Below, one piece after another: positions 1 through 12,229 of a stretch of 64,000 bases of DNA. Source of the DNA: Eledone cirrhosa. Its lineage: Eukaryota. Location of the stretch: the NCBI GenBank assembly GCA_964016885.1, contig OZ024740.1, forward strand, positions 401,140,001-401,204,000. The letters are read 5' to 3'. Position numbers and translations under genes: made by a program. The notes beneath the pieces are model-generated. The model ran no database searches. It worked only from the letters and a program-made list of their open reading frames with translations, and had not been told where the DNA came from. Position 1 is the stretch's first letter. Each line of letters opens with the position of its first letter.

Positions 1-62
1 GTTGGCATGTAAACAGAACTGTATATTTTTGAAAATAGCATATATATTCACTAGCACTGACA

Positions 63-144
63 GTTGGCAGGTGAACAGTGAGCTGTACTGATGAAGGGTG
101 ATACCCAGAAACATTAGTGTCTGCAGTTCTGTTTACATGCCAAC
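63..144 (+). ncRNA. Type-I hammerhead ribozyme motif, canonical core, extended stem I
   Basis: GCTGTA(82-87)-CTGATGA(88-94)-a GGGT gat ACCC a-GAAA(108-111)-CA ttag TG-TC-TGCAGT(122-127). The predicted cleavage triplet is GUC at 119-121. Segment 63-87 is complementary to 122-144 apart from a small bulge and mismatch. Confidence 0.8.
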
Positions 145-246
145 ACAAGAGCAAGAATGAAGGTTCATTCTATAGGCTAGTTTGCATAATTGCAAACGAA
201 TCGAATCTCAGATTACATTTATTGTATGCAGCCATTTATTATTTTT

Positions 247-380
<134 letters not shown>

Positions 381-391
381 AGAGATAGATA

Positions 392-943
392 CTAACTGAC
401 GTACCCAGCTTTGCCCGGAAAAAAGATGATAACAGAAGACAACTAGAAGAGAAAATAACTGTATTGGATGTTTGTCTGGTTTACAGGATGAGGTGAGACC
501 GTGGGGTGTGTGTGTGTGTGTGTGTCTGTGTGTGTGTCTGTGTGTGTGACAATAAAATACAGTAAGAATTTCCAAGACAAATATCCAGATACACAGGATT
601 CTTCGTTTTAGTGTTTATGCATTGTATATGAAGATTTCTACGTGTTTCCACTCGTCAACAAATACATATAACTGTTCACGAGTAAAAAGCGATTCTCTTC
701 TATTCAATTCTATAACTTTGATACTCTAAGCCTGAGCTTTATTTAAGGTCATAGCAAAACTGGCTCTAACAGGGAACTGAAGTCTTGAGAATTTGAAAGG
801 CAACTCGGTAGAGGAAGAGATAAGGGCATCTTAGGGATACATGCATTTTCTCCTTGATGATTGCCTGGCGGTAAAGCTCCTGTCATTGCATGGATTTGGT
901 TACTTCACTTCTTAAAAGGATGATGGAAGCACCAATCTTTTGT
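392..943 (-). mobile_element. Helitron remnant: decayed PIF1-like helicase C-terminus plus 3' terminus
   Basis: Minus-strand translation, with frameshifts and stops, gives KIGASIILLR...GENACIPKMPL...ELPFKFSRLQFPVRASFAMTLNKAQA*SIK...QLYV...RVETRRNL...KTKNPVY. This matches Helitron helicase motifs (RxQFPVxxxFAMTINKSQGQ, TKNxVY). The 3' end reads CCGGGCAAAGCTGGG hairpin...GTCAG-TTAG|T, a CTRR variant, at 392-418. Confidence 0.85.
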
Positions 944-954
944 ATATATATATA

Positions 955-1120
955 TAACGAAGGAATTGTGGTAAGGAACCAGATGGACCATAACACACCA
1001 GAGTACTCAATACTTAGGGTAGTAGAGTGGGTAATAGGAGAAAGTATGACCCCCGACGGCAGAGCTCAAGCCGCGTCGAGGCGGCTTGAGCTCTGCCGTC
1101 GGGGTCATACATTCTCCTAT
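955..1120 (-). mobile_element. Short PLE-terminus-like element with inverted duplication (family A, copy 1)
   Basis: Flanked by TA. Arms at 1034-1074 and 1081-1120 form a hairpin. It is homologous to 6250-6440 and 15945-16083. Confidence 0.75.
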
Positions 1121-1311
1121 ATATTTTTGTATAAGTTCCCTGTGTCCACGCATCGCCAGGTATCTTAGCTGAGAACAGACTTCCTGATGACGAAACGGCT
1201 TCTCCATGCTTTCCATTTGAACTTGTTTATTCCCTTTCAGAAACTAATTAGTTGGAGTGAAATTTTAGTAAGTAAGATAATTTTTATAATTTAGTTATTT
1301 TCCGTCATTCA

Positions 1312-1431
<120 letters not shown>

Positions 1432-1554
1432 GGTAAACATTGATGCAATTCAATTCAAGCACTCAACGTACTTTTTCCACATAGGAGTGACGGAGTAAAT
1501 ATCGAATAAGGAAAAGCGAAGTAGTTTCAGATGTTCAAGTCCTTTAATAATAAT

Positions 1555-1628
1555 GCTGTGATATATATTTCAATGACGACACTGGCCACTCTGTTCTGTG
1601 TGCGAGTGTCGTGTCATCATCAGACAGC
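1555..1628 (-). ncRNA. Type-I hammerhead motif with long stem II and minimal palindromic stem III
   Basis: Minus strand: GCTGT-CTGATGA-TGAC ACGACACT...AGTGTCGT CA tt-GAAA-TATATA-TC-ACAGC. Stem I is GCTGT/ACAGC and the triplet is AUC. Confidence 0.7.
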
Positions 1629-2834
1629 TTGTTACATAATAAGGTTATGTTTCTGAGGCAATCCAAATTGAATCGACATGGGAACGGATGAAGTTCGTGC
1701 TTTTGGGTTTTTCATCCCTTGTGATTACCAATTCACCCCCACCGGTCTGCGCAAGCGCATGTCCGAAGGAAGTTGACCATTAGCCACCGCAGATTTCAAC
1801 GAAATTCGCTGTCAGTTCACCCTCTCAGCCAAAACAATGGCCCACCTATGCCCTACCAAAGTTTACTGCTACCCATCACGACTGTGGCAGTCAGCCGAAA
1901 GCCAGAGGGGATGGGAGGGTATTAGTTTTTATAGGTCATAATACTACCTTTCACTAAGCGTTGACAGCAAGACTGACCATCAACTCATAAGGGAAAATAA
2001 ACTTAATTCTAGGTATCATGGTTTTATATTGGAGGTTAAGAGTGAGAGTTGGAAATAAAAATTAAAAATTAAAATCCTAAATCAAATAATCAAATTTCCA
2101 TCACGATGAAAATTATGACTGTGTACCAGATTGACTAATGCCTTGAAACCTGTAGTTTGCTCTCCGTTATAATGTACGGCACTGTCGTTCAATATGTGGA
2201 TAGAGTAACTGTGACACTAGAATCCCTCTCAGAACTTATTACTTAAACATCTCTCTCCATATTATTTACTCACTTCAATCTATATCTTTACTCAATCCGA
2301 ATTATCACTTGAAACATTTTTGAATTTCGAATTTTTGAATTTTTGAATTGTTTAATTTATAATCTCTGATATTTGATTTAGGATTTTAATTTTTAATTTT
2401 TATTTCCAACTCTCACTCTTAACTTCCAATGTAAAACCATGGTACCTAGAATTAAGTTTATTTTCCCTTATGAGTTGATGGCCAGTCTTGCTGTCAACGC
2501 TTAGTGAAAGGTAGTATTATGACCTATAAAAACTAACACCCTCCCATCCCCACTGGCTTTCGGCTGACTGTCACAGTCGTGATGGGTAGCAGTAAACTTT
2601 GGTAGGACAGAGGTGGGCCATTGTTTTGGCTGAGAGGGTGAACTGACAGCAAATTTCGTTGAAATCTGCGGTGGCTAATGGTCAACTTCCTTCGGACATG
2701 CGCTTGCGCAGACCGGTGGGGGTGAATTGGTACTCACAAGGGAACGGATGAAAAACCCAAAAGCACGAACTTCATCCATTCCCATGTCGATTCAATTTGG
2801 ATTGCCTCGGAAACATAACCTTATTATATAACAA

Positions 2835-2908
2835 GCTGTCTGATGATGACACGACACTCGCACACAGAACAGTGTGGCCAGTGTCGTCATTAAAATATAT
2901 ATCACAGC
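2835..2908 (+). ncRNA. Mirror copy of the hammerhead with GAAA changed to AAAA (G12A, probably inactive)
   Basis: GCTGT-CTGATGA...GTCATT-AAAA-TATATATC-ACAGC. Confidence 0.55.
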
Positions 2909-2957
2909 ATTATTATTAAAGGACTTGAACATCTGAAACTACTTCGCTTTTCCTTAT

Positions 2958-3256
<299 letters not shown>

Positions 3257-3575
3257 GTGTGTGTGTATGTGCGTCTGTGTGGGTGTGGGTGTGTAAACCA
3301 GCTTTCGAATCGGAGACGCCGGCCGCAAAACACGATCAATACTAAGAACAAACACGCAGATAGAGTCCCTTATAGTTGATTCCCAGCCTGCTAGAAATAC
3401 CAGTCAGGTTGGTTAGCACACCCGGGATGTTTTATTTTTTTTCTTGGTGTTATGAAATTAGTATCAATAAATCTTCCTGGGTGTAGCCTTATTACATTGC
3501 TGTACTTACTTTTCGATTGTCACTTTTCATTTTTGTGTGATGCGCGAAGGAACCAGTCATCTCTCTTATATATAT

Positions 3576-3690
3576 GAAGGCGCTTGGTTTAATAATGAAA
3601 ATGTGGGACTTACAATGCTGAGATTGTGAGTTCAATTACCGGAACGGCTGGTCACTTTATATCACGTTGCTCCATTTGACACAGCTATAG
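3576..3690 (+). mobile_element. Degraded tRNA-derived SINE, second family (5' part)
   Basis: B-box-like GTGAGTTCAATTACC followed by CACTTTATATCACGTTGCTCC. It resembles 28498-28795. Confidence 0.4.
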
Positions 3691-4100
3691 ATTCGATGCG
3701 ACCCCACTGTTGTTAAGCTGTATTGGTCTTTGCTTTTCAATTGGACAAAACCAGTGGCGTGGACAAGTTCGAATGTTATGCTTGGGGAACGGCTCGTCTT
3801 CCATATACAAAGTTGACGGGATTGTGATTCGGAGAAAAAAGTTTAGGTGTAAAGGTCATTCGTGAATGAAGTGGGTCTTTACACTTTTTATCAACAAATA
3901 TACGCACAGAGACACAGAGACATTTATACACACACACGCTCACACACACATATACACAGACTACACACACACACATATACACAGACTACACACACACACA
4001 CATACATACCCCCCCCCCCCATATTTGTATTTAGAGATCGAGAGAGAGAAGTGTAGAGAGAAATATTGAATAAATGTTAACTCTAGTACGAATAACAACA

Positions 4101-4189
<89 letters not shown>

Positions 4190-4682
4190 CATACGTATTT
4201 GTGTATATTTCTGTGTGTATATTTCTATCTGTGTATAATACTTAGGAATAATAAAGTACACTCTCTCTCTCTCTCACTCTATATATCGCTCTCATACACA
4301 CACACATACTTACACACGCATGCTTGTTGAAACAAACAGAAAAACATACATATATGCACAAACACACTGAGATACAAATATGCAGAGAGAAACATACGCC
4401 GTGTCACATACATACTAAGGCAAATTTTACATACTGACAATTATTTCTCGTTGCGTGCGGATTGCATCTTAATAACCAAAGAGACGTTTACTTCTGTAAA
4501 TACTGGCACTTGTATATAAATAAACGGATGTTTCGGAAAGAAAATTATAGTTGGAAATAGCAGCGGACATCAAGGGAATCATAACTGTTTTCACCTTTTA
4601 CACTGAAGCCTTCATTCTGTCAATTTGCAGGCAAACATCTCTTTGTGTTTGTATTCGTTTTCGTATTTTCATTATACTAATA

Positions 4683-4761
<79 letters not shown>

Positions 4762-4854
4762 CATACATATACATATATGTATGTATGTATATATATATAT
4801 ACATACATATACATACATATACATATATACATATATATATATACATATATATAC

Positions 4855-4887
<33 letters not shown>

Positions 4888-4914
4888 CATATATATGGAT
4901 ATATGTATATATAT

Positions 4915-4980
<66 letters not shown>

Positions 4981-5517
4981 ATATATATATATATATATAG
5001 TATATATAGAGAGATATATAGATATATATATATACACACCTACATATAAACATCTATACACACACTCATACATAATACATAGATGTATATAATAAAATAA
5101 ATAGATAAATGTATATATATATATATATATTTATGTATGTATGTATAAACATATATGTTTCAGTGTGTGTATCTGTATATCTGTGTATCTGGGTATAACT
5201 TCTCTCTATTCTTTATCACGATCGTCTTCTTTCCATAATATAAATATTCATTTAACCCGAAATATTACCAATGTTCGTTCGTTGCAATTCTTGTATTGTC
5301 AGATGCAAAAGGCGTTTTCACTTATATCTACATTAGAATATTTTGAAATATAAGTTGAAAAGTAATAGTAATCACTTTCCCTCTAGTCTTACACATAATA
5401 CCACAGATCGTATGTCTTCTCTCCGCTGACTCTCATGTGTGTGACTGTATATATGTATATATATATATATATATATGTGTGTATGTGTGTATGTGTGTAT
5501 GTATGGATGTATCTAGA

Positions 5518-5556
<39 letters not shown>

Positions 5557-5605
5557 AATATATATATATATATATGAGTGTATGTGTGTGTATCTAAAGT
5601 GTATG

Positions 5606-5759
<154 letters not shown>

Positions 5760-6219
5760 AACATCATCTTTGCCTTCATTTATCATCTGTTTTCCCTGAT
5801 GGCAGTGGTTGGACGAGTTTATATACACCAGGTCACCAGGTCAGCAGAGAAGCGGAGCTACTGATCTCCCAGACAGGTTTGAGATCTGCATCAGTCTTAC
5901 GTACGGTCATAGGCTGTGCGTAGGAGAGGTTAGCAAACTTTCTGCGGCTGGAAGCCCTTCCTAATATCAACCACATTAAAGCGTGCATTAGGTGTTTTTA
6001 TTTTGAAGATCAACATGGGGGAGTCTGTCATGTCCTTGAGACAATAAAAGGGTCGTCACAAACCTTTGTTTGGCAGGCGTTCTACGGTTGGATGCCCTTC
6101 AAGCCACCCAACACTTCACAGTGTTTACAGGTTTCGTTAATATGACCAAAACTACAGAGGTTGTTCTGTATTGAATATGTTATACAATCTCACAATTTCC
6201 CTTTACACCCCTGTGTAAC

Positions 6220-6249
<30 letters not shown>

Positions 6250-6254
<5 letters not shown>

Positions 6255-6437
6255 AAAAAGTATGACCCCGACGGCAGAGCTCAAGCCGTTTCGACGGTTA
6301 TTTCCAGAAATAGCCGTCGAAACAGCTTGAGCTCTGCCGTCGGGGTCATACTTTTTCCTATTTCCCACTCTACTACCCCAAGTATTGAGTATTCTGGTGC
6401 GTTATGGTCCATCTGGTTGCTTATCACATTTCCTTTG

Positions 6438-6440
<3 letters not shown>
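6250..6440 (+). mobile_element. Family A copy 2: hairpin of a half-hammerhead plus an ~80-bp tail
   Basis: Arms at 6250-6304 and 6307-6361, tail at 6362-6440, (TA)n on both sides. It contains GCCGTC-GAAA-C(A/G)GC ttgagctct GCCG-TC-GGGG. Confidence 0.8.
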
Positions 6441-6467
<27 letters not shown>

Positions 6468-6475
<8 letters not shown>

Positions 6476-6682
6476 GTGAGGTTTTTTTTACAAATTGAAA
6501 AATAACCGAGGTGTCCTACACGAGTGAAAGTATAAAGAAAAAGAGATGAAATCGAAAATGCAACTGGAGTCTTATTTTTTTTTAAAATATATATATTTAT
6601 TTGGTTCCTTTACCGGTTTCGCAGTTCTTCTGCTTTTCAAAAGGTGAGTTGAGATGGAGGGTCTGTGGTTTTTCTCACATCT
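6468..6682 (-). mobile_element. Short TA-embedded element (family B, copy 1) carrying a hammerhead
   Basis: Homologous to 16573-16760 (shared ACCGAGGTGTCCTACACGAGTGAAAGTATA and other blocks). It is flanked by TA-rich sequence. Confidence 0.75.
6607..6644 (-). ncRNA. Minimal type-I hammerhead with U3-A8 covariant core
   Basis: Minus strand: CCTT-TTGAAAA-GCAG aagaa CTGC-GAAA-CCGG-TA-AAGG. Stem I is CCTT/AAGG, stem II is 4 bp, stem III is the palindrome ACCGGT, and the triplet is GUA. Confidence 0.7.
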
Positions 6683-6745
6683 GTATATATATTTCTCACA
6701 TCTATATATATATATATATATATATTTATTAAAATAACAGATTAA

Positions 6746-6796
6746 AGTTTAAGCAAAGAATCGCTGCTTTCACCCTTAACGGGATCTTCTGAAACT
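6746..6796 (-). ncRNA. Hammerhead-like motif with U4A core (CAGAAGA) at the PLE 3' end
   Basis: Minus strand: AGTTT-CAGAAGA-tCCC gttaa GGGt-GAAA-GCA gcgattctt TGC-TT-AAACT. Stem I is AGTTT/AAACT. The same motif occurs at 3017-3067 with GACA in place of GAAA. Confidence 0.55.
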
Positions 6797-6888
6797 AACA
6801 AAGTCAATCTGTAAACGCAGAACTGGATATTTCAAAAAACGTTGCAACCGGAGGAAGACGGGAAGACGATTCTTTGGTTCGTGGTAAC

Positions 6889-7154
6889 GTTCGCTGGCAA
6901 AGAACGGGAAAAAACGAATAATACGTCATTAATAGGAGCGGTGAAAAACAATTACGCGCAAAGACAAAACCACGTTTATGGTATAAAAGTGGTCGTAGAC
7001 TAATGTTCTCTTAGGTGGTGCATAGAGGCGTTCTCTGGCAATGAACGAAAAAACGAAGAAAATAAGTCATATGTGGAGCGTGGAGAACAATAGCACGCAA
7101 AGACAAAACCACGTAAATGGTATAGCAGAAATCGTAGACTAAAATTCTAACTAG
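6889..7154. repeat. Diverged ~140-bp tandem duplication in the PLE 3' region
   Basis: Two copies of ...CTGGCAA...ACG...GCAAAGACAAAACCACGT...ATGGTATA...TCGTAGACTAA... at about 6889-7013 and 7030-7154. Confidence 0.75.
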
Positions 7155-7724
7155 GAGACCAAATGAATCTCCGCTACAGAGTTAAGAACAAAGCAAATAA
7201 ATACAATACAGAAGTAATAGAAACAAATAAATACATACACGCAAACAGATACGTACATACACAAGCATACGCAAAACCTTACCATGGGTATACAAAACCA
7301 CGCACATATAAATATGTGTGTGTGTGTATGCTTGTGTACAAATAAATAAATAATTATATAAACGTATATAAGTAAATAAATACGTATATAACAAGCGCAC
7401 ACGCATACCTACATATAAATGCACGAATGTTCGGAGACGTAAGTCAACTAAAACAAGAATTACACATATACACACACCCACCATACGTACGAACCTGCAC
7501 ACTCACGCGGACGCAAAATTCCCATATACACATAGCCAAACCCTAAATACCAGAATATGTAAAAATTATACGCTATAACAGTCAAATATACGTACGAGAA
7601 GGTATACATACCTTCACAAAACATACGGGTAATATATACTTACCTATGCAAATAAGTAAAGGAATAAACAAAACATATACTTAGCTCCCACATCAAGACG
7701 TAAAATATCCACGTATAGATCGTG

Positions 7725-9565
7725 CTATCCGTTAGGGTATAACGTGGGGCTGTAATACAGGAAAGTTTTGTGCAATTTATGTTTACAAGCCGAAATTGCC
7801 TCAGATTTTTTGTTTAAGATGTGGTCTGTATCGTAGAGTATTTCCAGGGCCTCAGCGGCGCAGAGGTCACATGGTCTTTTATTTCCGTTATACGATCTAG
7901 CCCTAGCTAGGATCTCCCAGTGTAACTTATATTGGGTGTGGTTGTCTTTTAGACTCCAGATATAAGCTGAAAGTGACGTCATATTCCTTCTTAGAGGGTA
8001 CCGAAAAGAATGGGTATGCATGTAAAGACGCTGCTTGAAACTATTGGCGGTTAACCCTATGTAGGCCCTACGGGACGTGGGTGTTACAACCTTACATTTG
8101 TAGACAATGTTACTAGAGAGGCATTTCCCGGATAGGGGGCAATCAGCCAGATTCCTACAATTACAGTTAGTACTAACTACAGGGTTGCACGTGTTCCTAC
8201 GGCTAGGTAGTTTAGCTAAATTTGAAGCTGTGATGTTATGTGCAAGGTTAGGAGTCGTAGAGTAAGAAATTTTAATAGTATTTCTATTAAAAATTTTACT
8301 ATATTTATGTGTAGGGGGAAATGCTTCGTAATAAGGGAAAGAAAGATCTTAGCTAATGGTGTGGCCACCTCCATATTATATGGTGGGTTAAACCAACAAA
8401 TGCGACGGGATCTATTTCTTCTAGGTCTATTTTCGTACTCTGTATATGCTACCTTATCGACAAATCCACTTCGAGCAAGAGCTTCATTGTAATAAGTGGA
8501 ATGGTCGTTGAAAATGCGCTCGTTGGTGGAAAGACGGGAAAGCCTCAACGAAACGTTTCTTACCAGGTTCTTGGTTATGCTGGCAGGATGGTTGTAATGC
8601 TTACTTATGTAATTAAGTGTATCATTCGGCTTTCTATAAGGGTAATGCAACCCATTCAATAAATTTAGGGTAACGTCGAGTTAATTAATGACCGAGAGAT
8701 TGGCCTCAACCTGTATAGAGAGGTTGAAGCCTTTAAAGAAGGCTGTGAGTTCTTTTCTGAACCTGTCGCAAGCACGAGGTCCGCACTTAGTCATGGTCAA
8801 AAGACCATCGTCACGGTACAAACCACCGCCCGCGTTGGGGAATTCGTCCTTGATAGAGAAAAGAAGGAAAAGGCCAATAAGATCAGTAACCTCCGCAGAG
8901 TCACTGGCGCCCATACTCACGTCGAATGGGGTTCTATTGGATTTTTTAATCCAAATAGAGTCGTCGAAATTAATCACCGACTTTCGGGCATTAAGGATGA
9001 CATCAACTTCAAAATCCTTAGCCACTGTGAGTATTTTAGCGAAATTGATAGCTCTAAGGAGAAGTGGTAAAGTGATGGAGGAGTAGTAATTGTTGATGTC
9101 AAATTGGATAAAACGGCAATGATCCTTGTTACATATGCCGTTGAACCAATCAATCACCGCGAAAGAATTGTTCCACAGTGCGAGAGGGGCCAAACTTCTA
9201 ATTTCAGGTATAATTCTATCAAGAATCGTTTTACTAAGTCTACCTAAATGGGACTTCGTAGGGTTAATAAGCCGAATAGAGGGGTTGTTCGGAAAATTGG
9301 ATTTGTGATCCTTCAGGGTAAAGTGGGGAGAGATAGGGTCCAGAGGTTCGGTCCGGTCCAGGATGTTGAGATCAGATGTGATTTTAAACCCAGCATCGTT
9401 GATTTCATTGATGACGCACCGATTAGTATTACGGTATTCCTTAGTTACAACATTATGTAGTAGTTGATGGTAAGTACTGCGCTCCACTTGATATAGGTTG
9501 CCAGTTTTGTCGGAATGGACGTGCACGGCGTTAGAATTAGGAGAACAAATGAAAATATATAACAT
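7725..9565 (-). pseudogene. PLE reverse transcriptase plus GIY-YIG endonuclease, disrupted by one in-frame TAA and one frameshift
   Basis: RT motifs: DKT, FIQFDINNYYSSI, SMGASDSAE, GLYRDDGL (YRDD at 8807-8818), N*LDVTLNL (TAA at 8681-8683, same frame continues) and WFNPPY. After a 1-nt loss in the G5 run at 8314-8318 the frame reads HKYSKIFNRNTIKISYS...CNCRNLADCPLSGKCLSSNIVYKC...YIGLTANSFKQRLYMHTHSF...CDLCAAE...LNKKSE...CKH. The true start is uncertain. Confidence 0.92.
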
Positions 9566-10791
9566 TAAAAGTTACGTCTGACAAATTATAGACTAAACGA
9601 AGCCGGGATTGAAGGATAATATTTAGATATTTAATAAAATCCCTCAAGCAGGAAAGACGATAAAGGTTTCAAAGTGAAATATTTAGAATATGTGTAAAAA
9701 AAGAAAAAGTTTGTAAACTAGAAACATCTCTAGGGTTGAGTGGTACAATCACTGGCTATATAATTGAATAGCTGCTAATGTTAAATGGCAAATACTGTTC
9801 AGAGTTCAATTTCGCCCGAACGATAATGAAGAAATGTGTTCTAGTTTTGCTAGCTGGAAGGTAGAATGCTGTCCACATCGAACGTCCTTCGGCTTCACTG
9901 AGTATAATTCCTCATAGAAGTCGTTGACAAATACATTTTCCGTCTTTTAACGGTTTTTACCCTATTTTATAATCTATCTTTATAACATTTCTGCGCTTAA
10001 CCGCTTTCTTTATATTTATATAATTACATATATTCTCAACGAAAACTCGAAAATTCGACTTCGTATATATTTGATATTTATCCTTATCTTTGGATTCTAT
10101 CTTCAAATTTATTATTATTACTATATATATATATATATATATATACACATGATCTTATATAAAAGTCGACCCTAGTATGTTTAATTGTTTTATTTGTTTA
10201 TTTTACTTAATTTATTATTCCTCTATTTTCTTTGAAAGCAAATATTTTTGCATTGGGCTCTAAAGTACTACTGTGGGCCACCGAGGGAGCCAATTGCCAC
10301 CAGTCAAGCTGATGACCTGGCAGTCCGACACTGCCAGCACCCAACTAACAAGAATACTAGGATTTCAATATCCACGTCATATTCTTGTAATAAACAGAGA
10401 TTTATAACCTACACAATTCCATACATTTTCAAGATCTCTTCGCAATATTAAATTTAGAAATGGATGCTGAAGTAACGTTCATTTAAAAATATATCTCTAT
10501 ATAACATGGTACAACAGCACAACAGGGTGCCCTGAACAGTTCAGACTACACACGATCGAGATCAAATGGGGATAAATAATTAAGTGAAGCGTTAGATTAT
10601 ATAGTAAATATTACGATCCTATTTAATTCGAACGCCAATCATTTATTAATTTTTCTTCAAAAGCTTCTATACTACATCTCCCTCTCCTATAATACATCTT
10701 CCGCTCTTTCTATGTAATAAATGCTTACGTCAACAACCGTCCCTGTACGAGTGGAAACTCCGCGCAAGGTAGTGAATGCTCTGTTATTTCG

Positions 10792-10870
<79 letters not shown>

Positions 10871-10872
<2 letters not shown>

Positions 10873-11538
10873 CATACGTTAAGAAGGGCGTTCATGAAAG
10901 TGAAAGTAAATTTTTTGACAAGTGAATTTGTTTGTTTTTGTACGCAATTGTATGGATTTCTTAAAATATATATATGTGTAGGTGTGTATATGTGTGTATA
11001 TATGTGTGTACACTGTGAATTTGTTTGTTTATTTACAACAGGTCTCTATAGTGATATGGTGTTAATTAGTATTGCGTGTGTGATTATTTTTTCTTTTTCT
11101 ATTTTTGTGTATTGTGTGTACGGAAAATTTTTTTGTAAATAATGACATTGTGTGTTTTTTAAATAACAAGATATTACAAAAACATCTAAACGATGATGAT
11201 GACACAAACACATATATATATACAAACACACATATATATATACATACAGACACACATATATATACACACATATACACACCCACACATATATATATAAGAA
11301 AAAAATAATCACACACGCAATACTAATTAACACCATATCACTATAGAGACCTGTTGTAAATAAACAAAAAAATTCACAGTGTACACACATATATACACAC
11401 ATATACACACCCACACATATATATATTAAGAAATCCATAAAATTGCGTGTGTATCGTAACTTTCATTGTAAAAAAAAAAAAAAATTCACTTGTCAAAAAA
11501 TTTACTTTCACTTTCACGAACGCCCTTCTTAACGTATG

Positions 11539-11540
<2 letters not shown>
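10871..11540. mobile_element. Foldback/MITE-like element with ~230-245-bp inverted arms in (TA)n
   Basis: 10871-11096 is the reverse complement of about 11296-11540 (GGCATACGTTAAGAAGGGCGTTC... / ...GAACGCCCTTCTTAACGTATGCC). Both sides are TA tracts. Confidence 0.85.
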
Positions 11541-11609
<69 letters not shown>

Positions 11610-11710
11610 CATATATATATCTACGTATATATATGACAAAAACCAAATTTGTTTTCGCTCTTTACGTGGTGGATTCCTTAAGTTTTTCGTGAGTAAATAA
11701 TAAAAATATT

Positions 11711-11903
11711 AATAATTGTTTCTACTTTTGGCACAAGGCCACCAATTATCCCAGTGTATTACTGGTACTTTATTTTATCGACCCCGTAAATATGAAAGGC
11801 AAAGTTAACCTCGGCGGGATTTGAACTCAGATCATAAAGGGCCGTAACTCTTTGCTGCAAAGCATGGCGTCAGACCCTCTACCGATATTGCCAATCCACA
11901 CCC
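11711..11903 (-). mobile_element. tRNA-derived SINE, family 1 (Nin/Deu-type central domain)
   Basis: A box TGGCA(G/A)TATCGG, B box GAGTTCAAATCC, central GCCTTTCAT...GGGGTCGATAAAATAAAGTACCAG and an ATT-type tail. A tail-only fragment follows at about 11923-11985. Confidence 0.9.
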
Positions 11904-12000
11904 TTTATAACAATAACAATATTAATAATTGTTACTACTTTTGACACAAAGCCAGCAATTACCCAGTGCACTACTGGTACTTATGTTCTGATATTATTAA

Positions 12001-12187
12001 TGGATTGGCACTATCGGTAGAGGGTCGGACTCAATGCTTTGAAGCATAGAGTTACCTCCTCTTATGCACTGAGTTCAAATCCCGCCGAGGTTAAATTTGC
12101 CTTTCATCCTTACGGGGTCGATAAAATAAAGTACCAGTAATGCACTGGGATAATTGCTGGCCTTGTGCCAAAGCAGAAACAATTATT
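12001..12187 (+). mobile_element. SINE family 1
   Basis: Same consensus; head-to-head with 11711-11903. Confidence 0.9.
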
Positions 12188-12229
12188 ATAATATTATCAT
12201 TATTCATTCACGAATACCAGAGGTTAGAC

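Larger units (their letters stand above)
6726..10121 (-). mobile_element. Penelope-like retroelement, C-terminal GIY-YIG type resembling the Hydra clade, inserted in (TA)n
   Basis: Contains an RT plus GIY-YIG reading frame at 7725-9565 and a hammerhead-like motif at its 3' end. Both ends abut (TA)n and are shared with the mini-elements at 3000-3131 and 24881-24960. Confidence 0.88.

Noticed and set aside
1184-1200. CTGATGA-C-GAAAC as a hammerhead
   Set aside because: There is no stem II and no convincing stem I or III. At most it is a deleted remnant.
8681-8683. Selenocysteine recoding of the in-frame stop in the PLE RT
   Set aside because: The codon is TAA, not TGA, and it falls where F/Y is expected (N-[FY]-LD).
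10309-10340. CTGATGA followed by an 8-bp hairpin (CTGGCAGT/ACTGCCAG)
   Set aside because: No GAAA follows the hairpin. The surrounding ORF 10248-10451 has no recognisable homology either.
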